Positions 1 to 13,500 of a stretch of DNA of 64,000 nt are shown in pieces. The notes beneath the pieces are model-generated. The model did not search any database. It saw nothing but the letters and a program-made list of their open reading frames with translations, and was not told the DNA's origin. The first letter of the stretch is position 1; every line of letters begins with the position of its first letter. Position numbers and translations under genes: made by a program. Source of the stretch: Anthoceros angustus (Eukaryota > Plantae > Anthocerotophyta); assembly GCA_010909165.1 (NCBI GenBank), contig MU008176.1, positions 674,856-738,855 of the forward strand, in the 5' to 3' direction.

Positions 1-336
1 GAGTCACTTATGCACAATCGATAACCGCGACAAAGTGAACAGGAACTGCAAAGTGACGATGGCCGACAAGGGAGGTGAGGTAACCCTGTGGTGATGGGGG
101 AAGAGGGGCAAGAGAGGAGGAGGGGGGGGAGGCGAGGGGCGTAAGTCCTAGGGCATGCCATGGCTCATGTGCCATGCATGCCGATTTTCGCGGGCGCCAC
201 CACCTATGTGTGTGGCATTCACATGCCTAAAACACCGCTGCAACTGGGCGATTGTCCACCACACCATGCATTGGCATATATAGGCATCCGTTTATACGAT
301 TTTCGAATCCAAGGACAAATTTAGCCCATTATGGAT

Positions 337-2249
337 TACCATATCCGTGATCAAGGAAAATAATTTCCCTTTGCTCATGCGCATTTCGTGGTCCAAGGAC
401 AAAACATTCTCTGCTATGTATGGTCATTTCGTGACCCAAGGACAAATGTTCCTCATTTGTCATGACCATGTCTTGCCTCAGTCAATTTTGGCCATTCGAT
501 GACCATTTCAAAGCCAAGGACAAATGTTTCCATTATGGAAGATCATTTTCGATCGACGGACACTAATTTGCCATTGTTCATTACCGCTATGTGGTCCAAG
601 GACAATACATTCCCATCATGCATGATCATTTCGTGACCCAAGGACAAATGTTCCTCATTCGTCATGACCATGTCTTGCCTCATGTCAATTTTGGCCATTC
701 CGGATGACCATTTGGAGAGCCAAGGACAAATTTGCCCTTTGTGGATTACAATGCCATTTCGTGACACAAGGACATGCCATTTCAAAGCCAAGGACAAAAC
801 ATTCCTCCATGCAATTTTGCATTTAATCATCCCTATTGGCAACCCAAGGACAAGTGTCGAATGCCATTTCGTCTGGGTAATGCCATTCCTCCATGCATGC
901 CATTTCAAGTGACACTTAGAACCCGCCATGCTCCACGGACCATGCATGTGTTAATTTGATTTTTATGCTTTGCCCGTTCGCATACCACATTGCCTACCGA
1001 TCCACCATATGACAAGACATGTGCATTACATTTGTGAAGTGGTGAGAACATGGCCATGGTGTGTATTTATCGGCGCCACACCATTGTGCAAGGAAAGAGG
1101 AGAGAGGAGGAGACTTCGTGGCGTGCCATGCATGCCATTCCTCCATGCATGCCATTTCGTGGTCCAAGGACAAAACATTCCTCCATGCATGCCATTCCTC
1201 CATATAATGATGTGCGAGTTCCCTGCCAGTACCCACCAATCAAACGCCACATGGCGTAACGTGTCATGTATTCACTGCCACGGGCAAGTGGCAACTAGGC
1301 GTCACTGGGATACCATATCCGTGATCAAGGAAAATAATTTCCCTTTGCTCATGCGCATTTCGTGGTCCAAGGACAAAACATTCTCTGCTATGTATGGTCA
1401 TTTCGTGACCCAAGGACAAATGTTCCTCATTTGTCATGACCATGTCTTGCCTCAGTCAATTTTGGCCATTCGATGACCATTTCAAAGCCAAGGACAAATG
1501 TTTCCATTATGGAAGATCATTTTCGATCGACGGACACTAATTTGCCATTGTTCATTACCGCTATGTGGTCCAAGGACAATACATTCCCATCATGCATGAT
1601 CATTTCGTGACCCAAGGACAAATGTTCCTCATTCGTCATGACCATGTCTTGCCTCATGTCAATTTTGGCCATTCCGGATGACCATTTGGAGAGCCAAGGA
1701 CAAATTTGCCCTTTGTGGATTACAATGCCATTTCGTGACACAAGGACATGCCATTTCAAAGCCAAGGACAAAACATTCCTCCATGCAATTTTGCATTTAA
1801 TCATCCCTATTGGCAACCCAAGGACAAGTGTCGAATGCCATTTCGTCTGGGTAATGCCATTCCTCCATGCATGCCATTTCAAGTGACACTTAGAACCCGC
1901 CATGCTCCACGGACCATGCATGTGTTAATTTGATTTTTATGCTTTGCCCGTTCGCATACCACATTGCCTACCGATCCACCATATGACAAGACATGTGCAT
2001 TACATTTGTGAAGTGGTGAGAACATGGCCATGGTGTGTATTTATCGGCGCCACACCATTGTGCAAGGAAAGAGGAGAGAGGAGGAGACTTCGTGGCGTGC
2101 CATGCATGCCATTCCTCCATGCATGCCATTTCGTGGTCCAAGGACAAAACATTCCTCCATGCATGCCATTCCTCCATATAATGATGTGCGAGTTCCCTGC
2201 CAGTACCCACCAATCAAACGCCACATGGCGTAACGTGTCATGTATTCAC
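337..2249. repeat. Near-identical tandem duplication, period 974 bp (337-1275 and 1311-2249)
   Basis: ORF-track translations are identical at a 974 offset (543/1517, 664/1638, 774/1748, 994/1968). Both copies start TACCATATCCGTGATCAAGG and diverge after TGTATTCAC. Confidence 0.95.
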
Positions 2250-4260
2250 ACCTTCGGCAGACGCCAATGTGACGGCTCACGCCACCGCGCATCCGCAGGA
2301 TATCCGGACCTTGGGAGACATGACATCTACAAGTGTTCCCATTGTGCCCCGTAGCGCCCTGCCCCTCCATGGTTCCGTCACATTCGGCCGGGTGCCATGC
2401 CACCGCCATGTCTCCTTTCTCACATATGAGCGGCTGAAATTCAAGATCCTCTCATCCGCAACCCGATGTGGCCTCGGAGGACAAGAGGCTGCCTAAGGTC
2501 GTGTTCCATGCAATTCACCACCTTGCCCTCGCTTCACGCTACTACCTTTGTTTTGGTCATCTTCGCATCCGAGGGCGAGCTTGTCTTCCGGTGAAACCGC
2601 CTCCCTGCATGCTCTACCTGTCATCTGCGGACATGTGCAAGTATGCACTTAGCGAGCTTGTCTTCCGCGGAAACACGCCTCCGCCGCTTACCTTGTGCCA
2701 TCTATGACGGACATGTGCAAGTATGCCGCAACGAGCTTCCGTAAACCACCGTGGGTATCCATCGGTAGCTCGCAAAGACGAGGCGTGTGCATGTCTCCAT
2801 CTTCTGCCCAGCTGGAAATCTTGTGGATCAAGGAAAATAATTTCCTTTGCTCATGCGCATTTCGTGGTCCAAGGACAAAACATTCTGTTATGTATGGTCA
2901 TTTCGTGACCCAAGGACAAATGTTCCTCATTCATCATGACCATGTCTTGCCTCATGTCAATTTTGGCCATTCGATGACCATTTCAAAGCCAAGGACAATG
3001 TTTCCCATTATGGAAGATCATTTTCCGATCGACGGACACATTTGCCATTGTTCATTACCGCTATGTGGTCCAAGGACAATACATTCCCATCATGCATGAT
3101 CATTTCAGACCCAGGACAAATGTTCCTCATTCATCATGACCATGTCCGCCATGTCAATTTTGGCCATTCCGGATGACCATTTGGAGAGCCATGACAAATT
3201 TGCCCTTTGTGGATTAATGCCATTTCGTGACCCAAGGACAAATGAGCAGACGAAAGCATTCTTCCTCCAATGACAATTTTGCATTTAATCATCCCTATTG
3301 GCAACCCAAGGACAAGTGTTGCGCACACCTGGGTAATGCCTATGTATGGGGCATGCCATTCAAGGGCAAGAAAGAGGGAACCCGCCATGCTCCACGGACC
3401 ATGCATGCCATTTCAAAGCCAAGGACAAATGTTCCTCATTCGTCATGACCATGTCTTGGCCTCCGACCATGATGCGGTGGTGTCCGCGACCATTCCAAGC
3501 ATAACCTGTGGTCATGTAGACGGTGCCATGGTGTGTAGTGAGTGCTTGCCGGCTACAAACATTGTGCAAGGAAAGAGGAGAGACTTCGTGGCGTGCCATG
3601 CATGCCATTCCTCCATGCATGCCATGGCGCCTTCACCATAGATGTAAATTCGTGCCGTCGATGCCATTCCTCCATGCATGCATGATCTCAGTACCCACCA
3701 ATCAAACGCGGCCATGGCGTAACGTGTCATGTATTCACACCTTCCGGCAGACGCCAATGTGACGGCCTCGACGCCACCGCGCCGCACTGCCGCAGGATAT
3801 CCATTTTGGGAGACATGACATCTACCGTGTTCCGCTCGCTTGCCCGCGCCACCGCCCTCCATGAATTTACCGCCAACCGTCATCGCTCGACGGCCGCCAT
3901 GCCACCGCCATGTCTCCTTTCTCACATGTAAGGAACGGCTGAAATTCAAGATCCTCTCATCCGCAACCCGATGTGGCCTCGGAGGACAAGAGGCTGCCTA
4001 AGGTCGCCGTGTTCCGCTTTAAATGTCACCACCTTGCCCTCGCTTCACGCTACTACCTTTGTTTTGGTCATCTTCGCATCCGAGGGCGAGCTTGTCTTCC
4101 GGAAACACGCCTCGCCGTCGCTCTACCTTGCGCTCTATGACGGACATGTGCAAGTATGCCGCAACGAGCTTCCGCCGAAACCACCGTGGGTATCCACCGG
4201 TAGCTCGCAAAGACGAGGCGTGTGTGCATGTCTCCATCTTCACCGCCTAACCGGAAATAC
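2250..4260. repeat. Second block (2250-~2815) repeated at ~3740-4260, flanking a third degenerate copy of the 974-bp unit (~2828-3740)
   Basis: CACCTTCGGCAGACGCCAATGTGACGG...CATGTCTCCATCTTC occurs twice. ATCAAGGAAAATAATTTCC...GTCCAAGGACAAAACATTCT restarts at ~2828 with many small indels. Confidence 0.85.
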
Positions 4261-6014
4261 CGATGGCCATCAAGGATCATATGGGAATGTTGGGATGTCC
4301 CCGCCTTCACGGTGAGCTCTCTTGCTATCCCTCACGCGTCTTGCCGTTCGGTGGTGGTTCCTTCTCTAGCGAGGTGGTCCCTTCTACACAGTGCGGCATG
4401 GTGTTCGGTGAGCACGGTATGGATTGGGGCTCGGTGGAGGCGCCGCATGTGAACACTTTTGTTTGGCCCTTTTCTCCAACCCGCAAGTTCATGCCCAGCG
4501 GTGAAGTGTTGTGGAATCCGCATTTGACGAACCCGCAACATTCCGCTCCTCACTCATTTGTGGATCATTGCGTAAGTGTTTGCACATCGTTGTTGCTGTC
4601 TTTGAACCGGATGCCCATGAGGGCAGTGCGGTTCTGTCGATGGCGATGGCCATCAAGGATGATGGACGGAGGTTGCTCTCCTCTTGTCGGCCATCAAGGA
4701 CCTGGTATGGAGTGCCGCGCCCTTGGCTCTTGCCGCCTCGGATCACGCAGTCGTCGTGTGACTAGGGACGGTTTATACCTCACAATGGGGTATATGATTA
4801 CCGTAATTAAACGGGATGGGAAAGTCCTTCTTCTTTGATCACTACGTGTACTTCTCATCGTCACCCAATAAAACTCGATGACACATCACACTTGGCGGAA
4901 TGGATGGGTATGGTTTGGTGCCCGTTCATACCGTTGACGGACATGACAAGTCACCGTTGCGCCGCGTCCTTCCGAGTCACGCGTAATAAACAAAGTATGG
5001 TGATTGGTGCTATAGCTCTTTGTCTCCTCCCTCCTAGATGCACAAGGCATTCTCTAGATTCCGTCCATTGCATACCTCGATGGAGGTGGCAAGGATTGCG
5101 GCTCGCAAGCCTCGGAAGTTGAAGGCGAGAGGAGATTGAGAGAGAAGGGTAAGCGGATGTACACGCCACCCTCCCGTGAGGGACCGATCCGCCCCGGGTG
5201 ATCACGAAGGGCAAGAGGAAAGTGGAGGAGCAATCGCGTGGCGGCATCCGGGCGCTCGGAGTGCCAGCCCAAGCCACATTTCCTCCATGGGAAGAAGAGG
5301 CGAACCGCATTCGGAGCTACAATTTGCAGAGGCCACGATCCAAGGAGGAGGTTGCAAAATTGAGTCGCTGTTTGGATAGAACAAGCTGCGATGTGGGGCT
5401 TCACGTCCGAGCCGTGCGTGGCTGAAGCTACACACTTCACAGAATGGAATTGGGATGCGTTGGACGAGGCGGCATGGAGCACTCTGCGGGCCGGGTTCGT
5501 GCCCTTTCACAGAATGGCGCCGCAACATGGGAGCTGAGACTTTGAGACAATGAGCTCAACACTATTCCTTGCCGTAGCAAGTGGACATGAAGGAGGTTGT
5601 TTACACCAAGGGGAAGGCGCCTCCTCACGCGTTTTGTTCGCATTTGCTTGCAAGCTTAGGACGATCAAGGCCGTTGTCGAACTTCTTGGTTGTGTGTAAT
5701 CAACTTTAAATCAAAACACGCATCCCCAAATGCAATGACGTCTGGCGTGTCAACCATCCCGGTTGGTGCGACCACCAAGCTAGCCGGTAGCGCATCCTCC
5801 CTTTCCATTGCGGTGTCACCCTACACTACGCCCAATCTCCGGCCCCGTCGGAAGAGTCGGCTACCACGCTGACATAACGCCCGGCTTCCACCGCCGCTAG
5901 CGTGCATCGCCGCGAACATTGCGTGCAGTGGCGTGCTCGCCAACCGTGCTCACTGCCCATTGGGATTGGAAGGCGGTGGTGGCTCCTCGGTTGCGCAAAT
6001 TCTTTGCTCATGTC

Positions 6015-7980
6015 CGAGGCGCGAGGTTCTTGTCGCCCGGATCTGTATCGTCGTGCATCGCTCGTAGCTTTGCCCGGTCAGGTCATCACGGACGGGATCT
6101 CCATGCGGTGTGGCGTTTGTGCTTCCGTCCATGGTTTACGCAAGCACGTTCCGGTCCTACGTGTGCATGTTTATGGGTCATGAAGTCATGATTAACTGCG
6201 TGGGGCGATAGATGTACCACCTTTCTTTGTCTTTGTGGTTGCCGTGCCTACCGGATCACGACCACAGGGAGGATGCCACGAAATCACGTCACGGTGTACA
6301 TGTATTGTCCACGCCCAGTGTCGAGCTCGAGCTCGTATTCACACATTTCAAGAATTCACTGCGCCGGCTCGAACCAGCGTGGCGTGAGTTCTCTCGCATC
6401 AATGGCCAGCAAATGCACTCCAATTCTAGCTTTAAGGTGGCTTTTTGCGGTCGGCGAGACACGAGCGGCATAGAAGAGCGGCCGTCTTGGGCGTCTCCGC
6501 ACCCAGACGGATTCGGATACGGGCTCGGATGGGTCAGCGAGCGGCGGTGGCCATCCTACCGACCACACTAGTAGTTCCGACGACGAAAGTATGGATGAGG
6601 GTTCGGAGGTGATGATATGCGAAGTGCACCAGTGGGCGAGTTCTTTGGAAGCCACGGATGTTGCGATGGGCGCGAGGTTCTTGTCCGGCGGCCGCCGCTT
6701 CTGCGCCGGCATCGCCTCGGCGCTTTGCCCGCCGAGCTGGGTCATCACGGACGGCGGGATCTCCATAAGCAGGTGACGCGTTTGTGCTTCCGTCCATGGT
6801 TTCTGCAAGCACGTTCCAGCTCCTACGTGTCGTCTGTGTTTATGGGTCATGAAGTCATGATAGCACACTGTGGGGACGATAACGGATGTACCACCTTTGC
6901 TGTGCTGTGGTTGCCGTGCCTACCAGATCACGACCCTAGGGAGGATGCCACGAAATGCAGATGCGGTGTACATGTATTGTCCCCGCCAGTGTCGAGGCTC
7001 GTATTCAAGACACATTTCAAGAATTCATCGCCGCCTGTGCACCCCGCGGTGGCCGTGAGTTCTCTCGCATCAATGGCCAGCAAATGCACTCCAATTCTAG
7101 CTTTAAGGTGGTTTTTTTGCAGGTCGGCGAGACACGAGCGGGCATAGAAGAGCGCGGCCGTCTTGGGCGCCTCCGCACCCCCACGGATTCGGATACGGGC
7201 TCGATGGGTCCGACAGGAACGAGCCATCCTACCGACCACACTAGTAGTTCCGACGACGAAAGTATGGATGAGGGTTCGGAGGTGATGATATGCCCGGCGT
7301 ACAGTGGGCGAGTTCTTTGGAAGCCACGGATGTTGCGATGGGCGCGAGGTTCTTGTCCGGCGGCCGCCGCTTCTGCGCCGGCATCGCCTCGGCGCTTTGC
7401 CCGCCGAGCCGGGTCATCACGACGGCGGATCTCCATAAGCGTGACGCGTTTGTGCTTCCGTCCATGGTTTCGCAAGCACGTTCCAGTCCTACGTCGCCCT
7501 GTGTTATGGGTCATGAAGTCATGATAGCACACCGCGGGGCGATAACGGATGTACCACCTTTGTCGTGGTGCCGTGCCTACGATCACGACCGGGAGGATGC
7601 CACGAAATGCGTATGCGTACATGTATTGTCCCCGCCAGTGTCGAGGCTCGTATTCAAGACACATTTCAAGAATTCATCGCCCGCCTGTGCACCCCGCGGT
7701 GGCCGTGAGTTCTCTCGCATCAATGGCCAGCAAATGCACTCCAATTCTAGCTTTAAGGTGGTTTTTGCGTCGGCGAGACACGAGCGCAGAAGAGCGGCCG
7801 TCTTGGGCGCCTCCGCACCCCACGGATTCGGATACGGGCTCGATGGGTCCGACAGGAACGAGCCATCCTACCGACCACACTAGTAGTTCCGACGACGAAA
7901 GTATGGATGAGGGTTCGGAGGTGATGATATGCCCGGCGTACATGGACGAGTTGGAAGCCACGGATGTTGCAAAGGCGCGC
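6015..7980 (+). repeat. ~650-670 bp unit in three copies, covering the presumed N-terminal part of the CACTA transposase
   Basis: ATGGATGAGGGTTCGGAGGTGATGATATGC at 6591, 7264 and 7903; GCGCGAGGTTCTTGTC near 6019, 6670 and 7342. Unit contains a YMYCP..C-like stretch and an acidic SSDDESMDE linker. Confidence 0.85.
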
Positions 7981-10450
7981 GGTGGATGGAGTCGAGGCGC
8001 TTGCAGTGCGGCGAACGCCGTTATACCACATTGAAGAGGAAGTCCAATCGAAAGCGGGCTAAGCGCAACACTTGTCTTGTAAACGATGTATGACATCGGT
8101 GGCGTCATGACGCACTTTTAAAGCTCTTAAGTGTGGATATTTTGCCAGTTCCGAACAAGCTGCCGAAGGACATGTACGAGGCAAAGTCAGTGTTGCACAT
8201 GTTTGGGCCAAGATACGTGAAAATCCATGCTTGTGAAAAAGATTGTATTCTATTCAGGGGTGAGTACGCGGGCAGCGTCCATTGCCCTCAGTGTGGCACG
8301 CCGCGGTACAAGGAAGGGTTTGATGAGCGAGATGCTGTTCCCCGCAAGGTCCTCTGGCATTTCCCTCTTAAGACGCGATTGAAACGCATGTTCAGAATGC
8401 CGGAAATAGCACAGATGATGACTTGGTACGTCGGGAGGCAAAGCGAGAATGGGGACATGTCCATGATGGCAGACACCCCAACATGGAGAGTATTTGATGC
8501 GCTTGAAGGGTTGAGGATGAACCTCGCAACTTGAGGTTGGCATTATGCATGACGGCTTCAACCCCTTTGGTCACAGTGCATCAACACGTCCATATGGCCG
8601 TTATGCTATTCGTTCACAACATGCCTCCACAGGCTTGCACAAAGGACGCCCATGTCATCATGCCTCTCATTGTACCGGGACCGGCATGGTAAAAATTTTG
8701 ATGTTTATATGGCGCCCTGGTAGAAGAACGGAAGAGTTGTGGAGGGGTGGACATGGAAGACTTTTCAATACCGTGAACGATCCTAGGAGGCATTTTAGGG
8801 TGCGGCGGTCTTTGCGTCATTGCCGACTACCTGTGGTTGGGCACCGTGGATTGCAAGTGAAAGGGACCGTGTGTGGATTGTCTGGACTGGATTCCGCTAT
8901 TCTCATCAATTAAAAAGCAGGTTTATGTTGGCAACAGAGGTGGTTGCCGAAGGCGATAGCGGACGGTGGGAAGACATGGTGGTACGATGGACGGCGGAAC
9001 TCCGTCCCCACCGAGCCACCAACGTTTGATGATGTGGTGAGATATGGTACGCAGAGAAGGTGCGCCACCGAGATCCGCAATGAGGAAATTTTGGAACGCG
9101 CGGATGTCTTCTCTGTTTAGGGTGCTCCCATATTGGCGTCACCTTCTTGTGATGGCGCCAAAGGATGTCATGCACGTGGAAAAGAACAATGCGAGGCCAT
9201 ATGGCACACTTTGGCCGGGAGGCGAGGCGACCTAGCATCAAGGATGGACATGGAAGCCAATGGAGGGAAAAGGTGGTTGTGGCGGTAGGAGAGGGCGCCA
9301 TTGCCCAGGCGTCTTACGTTTTGGCGAAAGGCGACCTCCGTCAAGTCATAGAGAATTAAACGCATAAAGCTGCCCGCAGGCTATGGGTCTAACATAGGAG
9401 CGAAATTAGAGGGGGCAAAGTGGGCGCTTGAAGTGCCATGATCGCACATCATCTTGAAATCATCTTCCCATCGTCCTTGGGGTGCATAGACCCGAGGTGT
9501 ACAAGGCGGTTGTGAAATTGGGTCGTATGCGGATGGATTTGCCAATGACAATACCGCCATGAAATTCAAGCACAACGAGAAGAGGTCATGGTGATGTGCT
9601 CGAAAAGCAATTCCTCCAAAGGTCTTTGATATATCAACCCACCTCATAATACATTTAGTGGACGAGGTGGTGCATTGGCCCTGCACACGGTGGATGTGGT
9701 GAGAGATACTTAGGATCGAGCGGACGGTCTTGTGTGACAGTCGATATAGTAGTGGGGTATATGAGAGAGGAGAGTATGCATTTCGGCATGTCATTCCTCC
9801 GTTACTATGGTCACGTCGGTGGATCATGGAGTCCCGAGGACCGTGTGGGAGAAAAGTTGGGTGTCGTGCGTCTGCACAATGGATGCGTTGAGGTCAGCCC
9901 ATACTTATGTCTTGTCACACGAAGGTGATGCAGCCGTTTTGGACATGTCTGACGAAGAGGTGAGGATGTACGGTGCACATGAGGCAGCGAAGTTTCAAGA
10001 GGTGGGTGCACGAAGAAGGCGGTGGCGCTTGGGAGGGGCATCCTGCTATGACCACAGTGAGGGCTATAATGGATGGCCCTGCGTTGCAAGCACGCACATA
10101 GTCACATGTGGAACAAAGGCAGCCACCTCAGAACAGCGGAGGCAGACAAGCGGCGGAGCACAAAAGATAGTGCAGTGTGCGCAAAGTTTATCATGGGTGG
10201 GACAGGGGCTGCCGGGGAGCCTGAAGAGGAGCGCGTCTTCTACGGCCACATAGAGCAAATACTGCGGATGCAGTTCTCGGAGGAGTATAATCCAGATTTG
10301 AAGGTTGGATGGTGCAGTGTCGGCCGAGAGGGACAAGGCCATCGCTGCGAGTTACACGGGTTTGACCTTGTGAATCGAGAAGGTTTCGTGTCGGTGCACT
10401 CCATCGATGGTCCATTTGTGTGGCCATCGCAGTAACTCGATGCATGATGC
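7540..10450 (+). pseudogene. CACTA/En-Spm transposase (TnpD type: Transposase_21, DUF4218, DUF4216 regions), frameshifted
   Basis: ORF 8133-8534 has KLPKDMYEAK, KIHACEKDCILF, CPQCGTPRY and RKVLWHFPLKTRLKRMF. DGFNPFG at 8551-8571; PAGYGSNI near 9373; FDISTHLIIHLVDEV at 9625-9669; FYGHIEQI...GPFVWPSQ in ORF 10073-10435. All match CACTA transposase motifs, and many frameshifts are present. Confidence 0.92.
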
Positions 10451-10599
10451 ATCCGGGACGATGGATGGAAACAGGGTGGGCCTTGGCGTGCCTACTCCGG
10501 CGAGGGGATGGAGAGAGGAGGAACCCATGCGCGCTGGCACATAGATTGTGGCATGTCGTTTGAGTAGCTGAACGGATGGGGCAAAACCAGCATGCCAAG

Positions 10600-13500
10600 T
10601 GGGCATTAAAGTATTTCCAAACAAACAAGCACAGTATCCAATGGCGGAATGTGCCAATACCCAAGTGACGTGTGGGAATGGTCAGAGGAAGTCGATGATT
10701 ACTGTTAAAATGGAGTAATGGGGGCATTGAGAGCGCTGCGCCATTTGGGCAATATCATACATCACGAGTAATACGCGTAACCAATGGGACATGAAAATTG
10801 CTCCGATCATCGAGGTTGTGGTCGAAAATGTTGTGATTATGGGCAAGTAGCAGTGCACACGGTAGCGGTTGGTCGCGATAGCGATAAATGACCACCGGCC
10901 TTTGCAAAACAAGCTTTTTCAAAATGGGTCTTGAATGCGACGGTAGGACTCATGGCCTGGCGCCTTTCACCGAGAGGAAGCCATTGCCTTGACATGGAGC
11001 AGGCGGTGGACAAGCTGGTTCCTGAGGTGGAGTATGGCGGTGAGGCTTCTTGGAGCGAGTCGCGTCTGGCGCTGCGAACACCACATCGGGCGGCGTCGCC
11101 CGGGCGTCGGCAACGATGGACCGTGTCTGGGTGGGGAGGATGGGGGCAAAGCGGCCTCGGGGCATTCGCTCATCCCACGCACCCATGATCTCCATTCGGT
11201 TGTCGACACAGAAGCGGCCTCCTCATCAGGCGGTCGCGGAAGGTAAGAGGCGGGGCGAGATGGGCTGGCAGGAGGAGTTGATTTTGGCGGCGTCGAGATC
11301 TGGAACCTCCGGCCAAGCGGATGCGGAGTTGGAGCATTGCGTGCAAGAATTGAGCGACATAGAGGAGGAGCTATTTCGTCGGATGAGGTTGGTTGTCGCG
11401 GACTCGATTTAGCGGCAAGTGATCTTTGGCAAGTGTGCACACCAAGTGCACACTTTGCCGGCAAGTGATCTTTGGCAAAGTGTGCACATGTGACATAATA
11501 TTTGAAGCGGTGAATATACACCAAGCGGCTCGAGGGTATTTAAAGCGGGAAGGGTGTTTTTGATGGTTGTGAATACACCTTTTGGGATGTAATTGCCAAA
11601 TTCGCATTGAAAAGCAGGTTTAACTCATAGTCATGGCATCTTCCTTTCCACGGACCACTAGTAGAACGGTGGTACCGTTTTGCATGCACGACTTCGAGGA
11701 ATAATACCCATGTGGGCTCCCCATCCTTGCGGGTGCAAAATACTTGCCTCCGTGATTTTCGTGCCATTCATTCCAATCATTGTGGCGATGGCGGCGATGG
11801 TTTGAAATCATATTCACGGAACTAAGGAGTGCCATAGGTCTTTGATATATCAACCCACCTCATAATACATTTAGTGGACGAGGTGGTGATTGGCCCAGGC
11901 ACACCGTGGATGTACCCGGTGGAGATACTTAGGATCCAGAAGCATAAAAGGCGCCACACAAACCAGAGTCCAAGATAGCCGTGGGGTATATGAGAGAGGA
12001 GAGTATGCATTTCGGCATGTCATTCCTCCGTTACTATGGTCACGTATGGATCATGGAGTCCCGAGGACCGTGTGGGAGAAAAGTTGGGTGTCGGCCGTCT
12101 GCATACAATGGATGCCGCTGAGGTGCGCCAGCCCATACTTATGTGCCGTATCACACGAAGGTGATGCAGCCGCTTTTGGACATGTACGAAGAGGTGAGGA
12201 TGTACGGTGCACATGAGGAACGACGAAGTTTCAAGAGGTGGGTGCAAGAAGGGCGGTGAGCGCTTGGGAGGGGCATCCTGCTATGACCCAAGTGAGGGCT
12301 ATAATGGATGGCCCGTTGCAAGCACGCACATAGTCACATGTGGAACAAAGGCAGCCACCGTATCAGCGGAGGCATAAACGGAGCACAAAAGATAGTGCGC
12401 AGCAAAGTTTATCATGGGTGGGACAGGCCGGGAGCTCAAGAGGAGCGTCTTCACGGCCACATAGAGCAACATCATGGATGCGCTTCGAGGAGTATAATCC
12501 AGCCTGTTGAAGGTTGATGGTACGAGTGTCGGCCAGAGGGACAAGGCCATCATAAGTCGACGGGTTTGACCTTGTGAATACCGAGAAGGTTGTCAGGGTG
12601 CACTCCATCGATGGTCCATTTGTGTGGCCATCGCAGTAACTCGGCATGATGCATCCGGAGATGGATGGAAACAGGGTGGGCCTTGGCCGTGCCTACTCCG
12701 GCGAGGGATGGAGAGAGGAGGAACCCATGCTACCGGCACATAGATTGTGGCATGTCGTTTGAGTAACGGATGGGGCAAAACCATGCCAAGTGGGCATTAA
12801 AGTATTTCCAAACAAACAAGCACGATCCAATGGCGGAATGTGCCAATACCCAAGTGTGGGAATGGTCGAGGAAGTCGATGATTATCGTTAAAATGGAGTA
12901 ATGGGGGCATTGAGAGCGCCATTTGGGCAATATCATACATCACGAGTAACGCACAACGTAACCAATGGGACATGAAAATTGCTCCAACCGTCGAGGTTGT
13001 GGTCGAAAATGTTGTGATTATGGGCAAGTAAGTAGTGTGCTACGGTCCAGCGTGAAATGACCACCGCCGCCTTTGCAAAACAAGCTTTTTCAAAATGGCT
13101 CTTGAATGCGCATAGGACTCATGGCGCCTTTCACCGAGAGGAAGCCTTCACCATGGAACGGCGGTGGACAACCGTTCACAAGGTGGAGTATGGCCACCGA
13201 GGCTTGCCGGCGAGTCGCGTATGAAGGCGCCGCGAACACCACGCCGGCCGACGGCCGACGACGATGGACCGATCCGGGTGGGGAGGATGGGGGCAACCGC
13301 GGCCGTTTCGCCATCCACCGCACCCGTGCCTCCATTCGTACATGACATCAAGAAGCGGCATCCTCATCAAGACGAAGGTAAGAGGCGGGCGAGATGGTCA
13401 ACAGGAGTTGATTTTGACGACGCCGAGATCTCGAACCTCCCAGCGCGAGTTGGAGCATTGCGTGAATTGAACGACATAGAGGAGGAGCTATTTACGTCGG

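Noticed and set aside
337-2249. 974-bp direct repeats as LTRs
   Set aside because: Copies are adjacent with a 35-bp gap, lack TG...CA ends, PBS/PPT and any gag-pol.
543-7900. Many 60-200 aa ORFs in the repeats
   Set aside because: Translations of repeated CATG/CCAAGG motifs, open on both strands, with no domain signal apart from the noted CACTA N-terminal hints.
11656-11666. CACTAGTAGAA (also 13756, 15369) as a CACTA TIR
   Set aside because: It lies inside a repeated internal unit with the same flanks on both sides in all copies; no inverted partner or TSD found.
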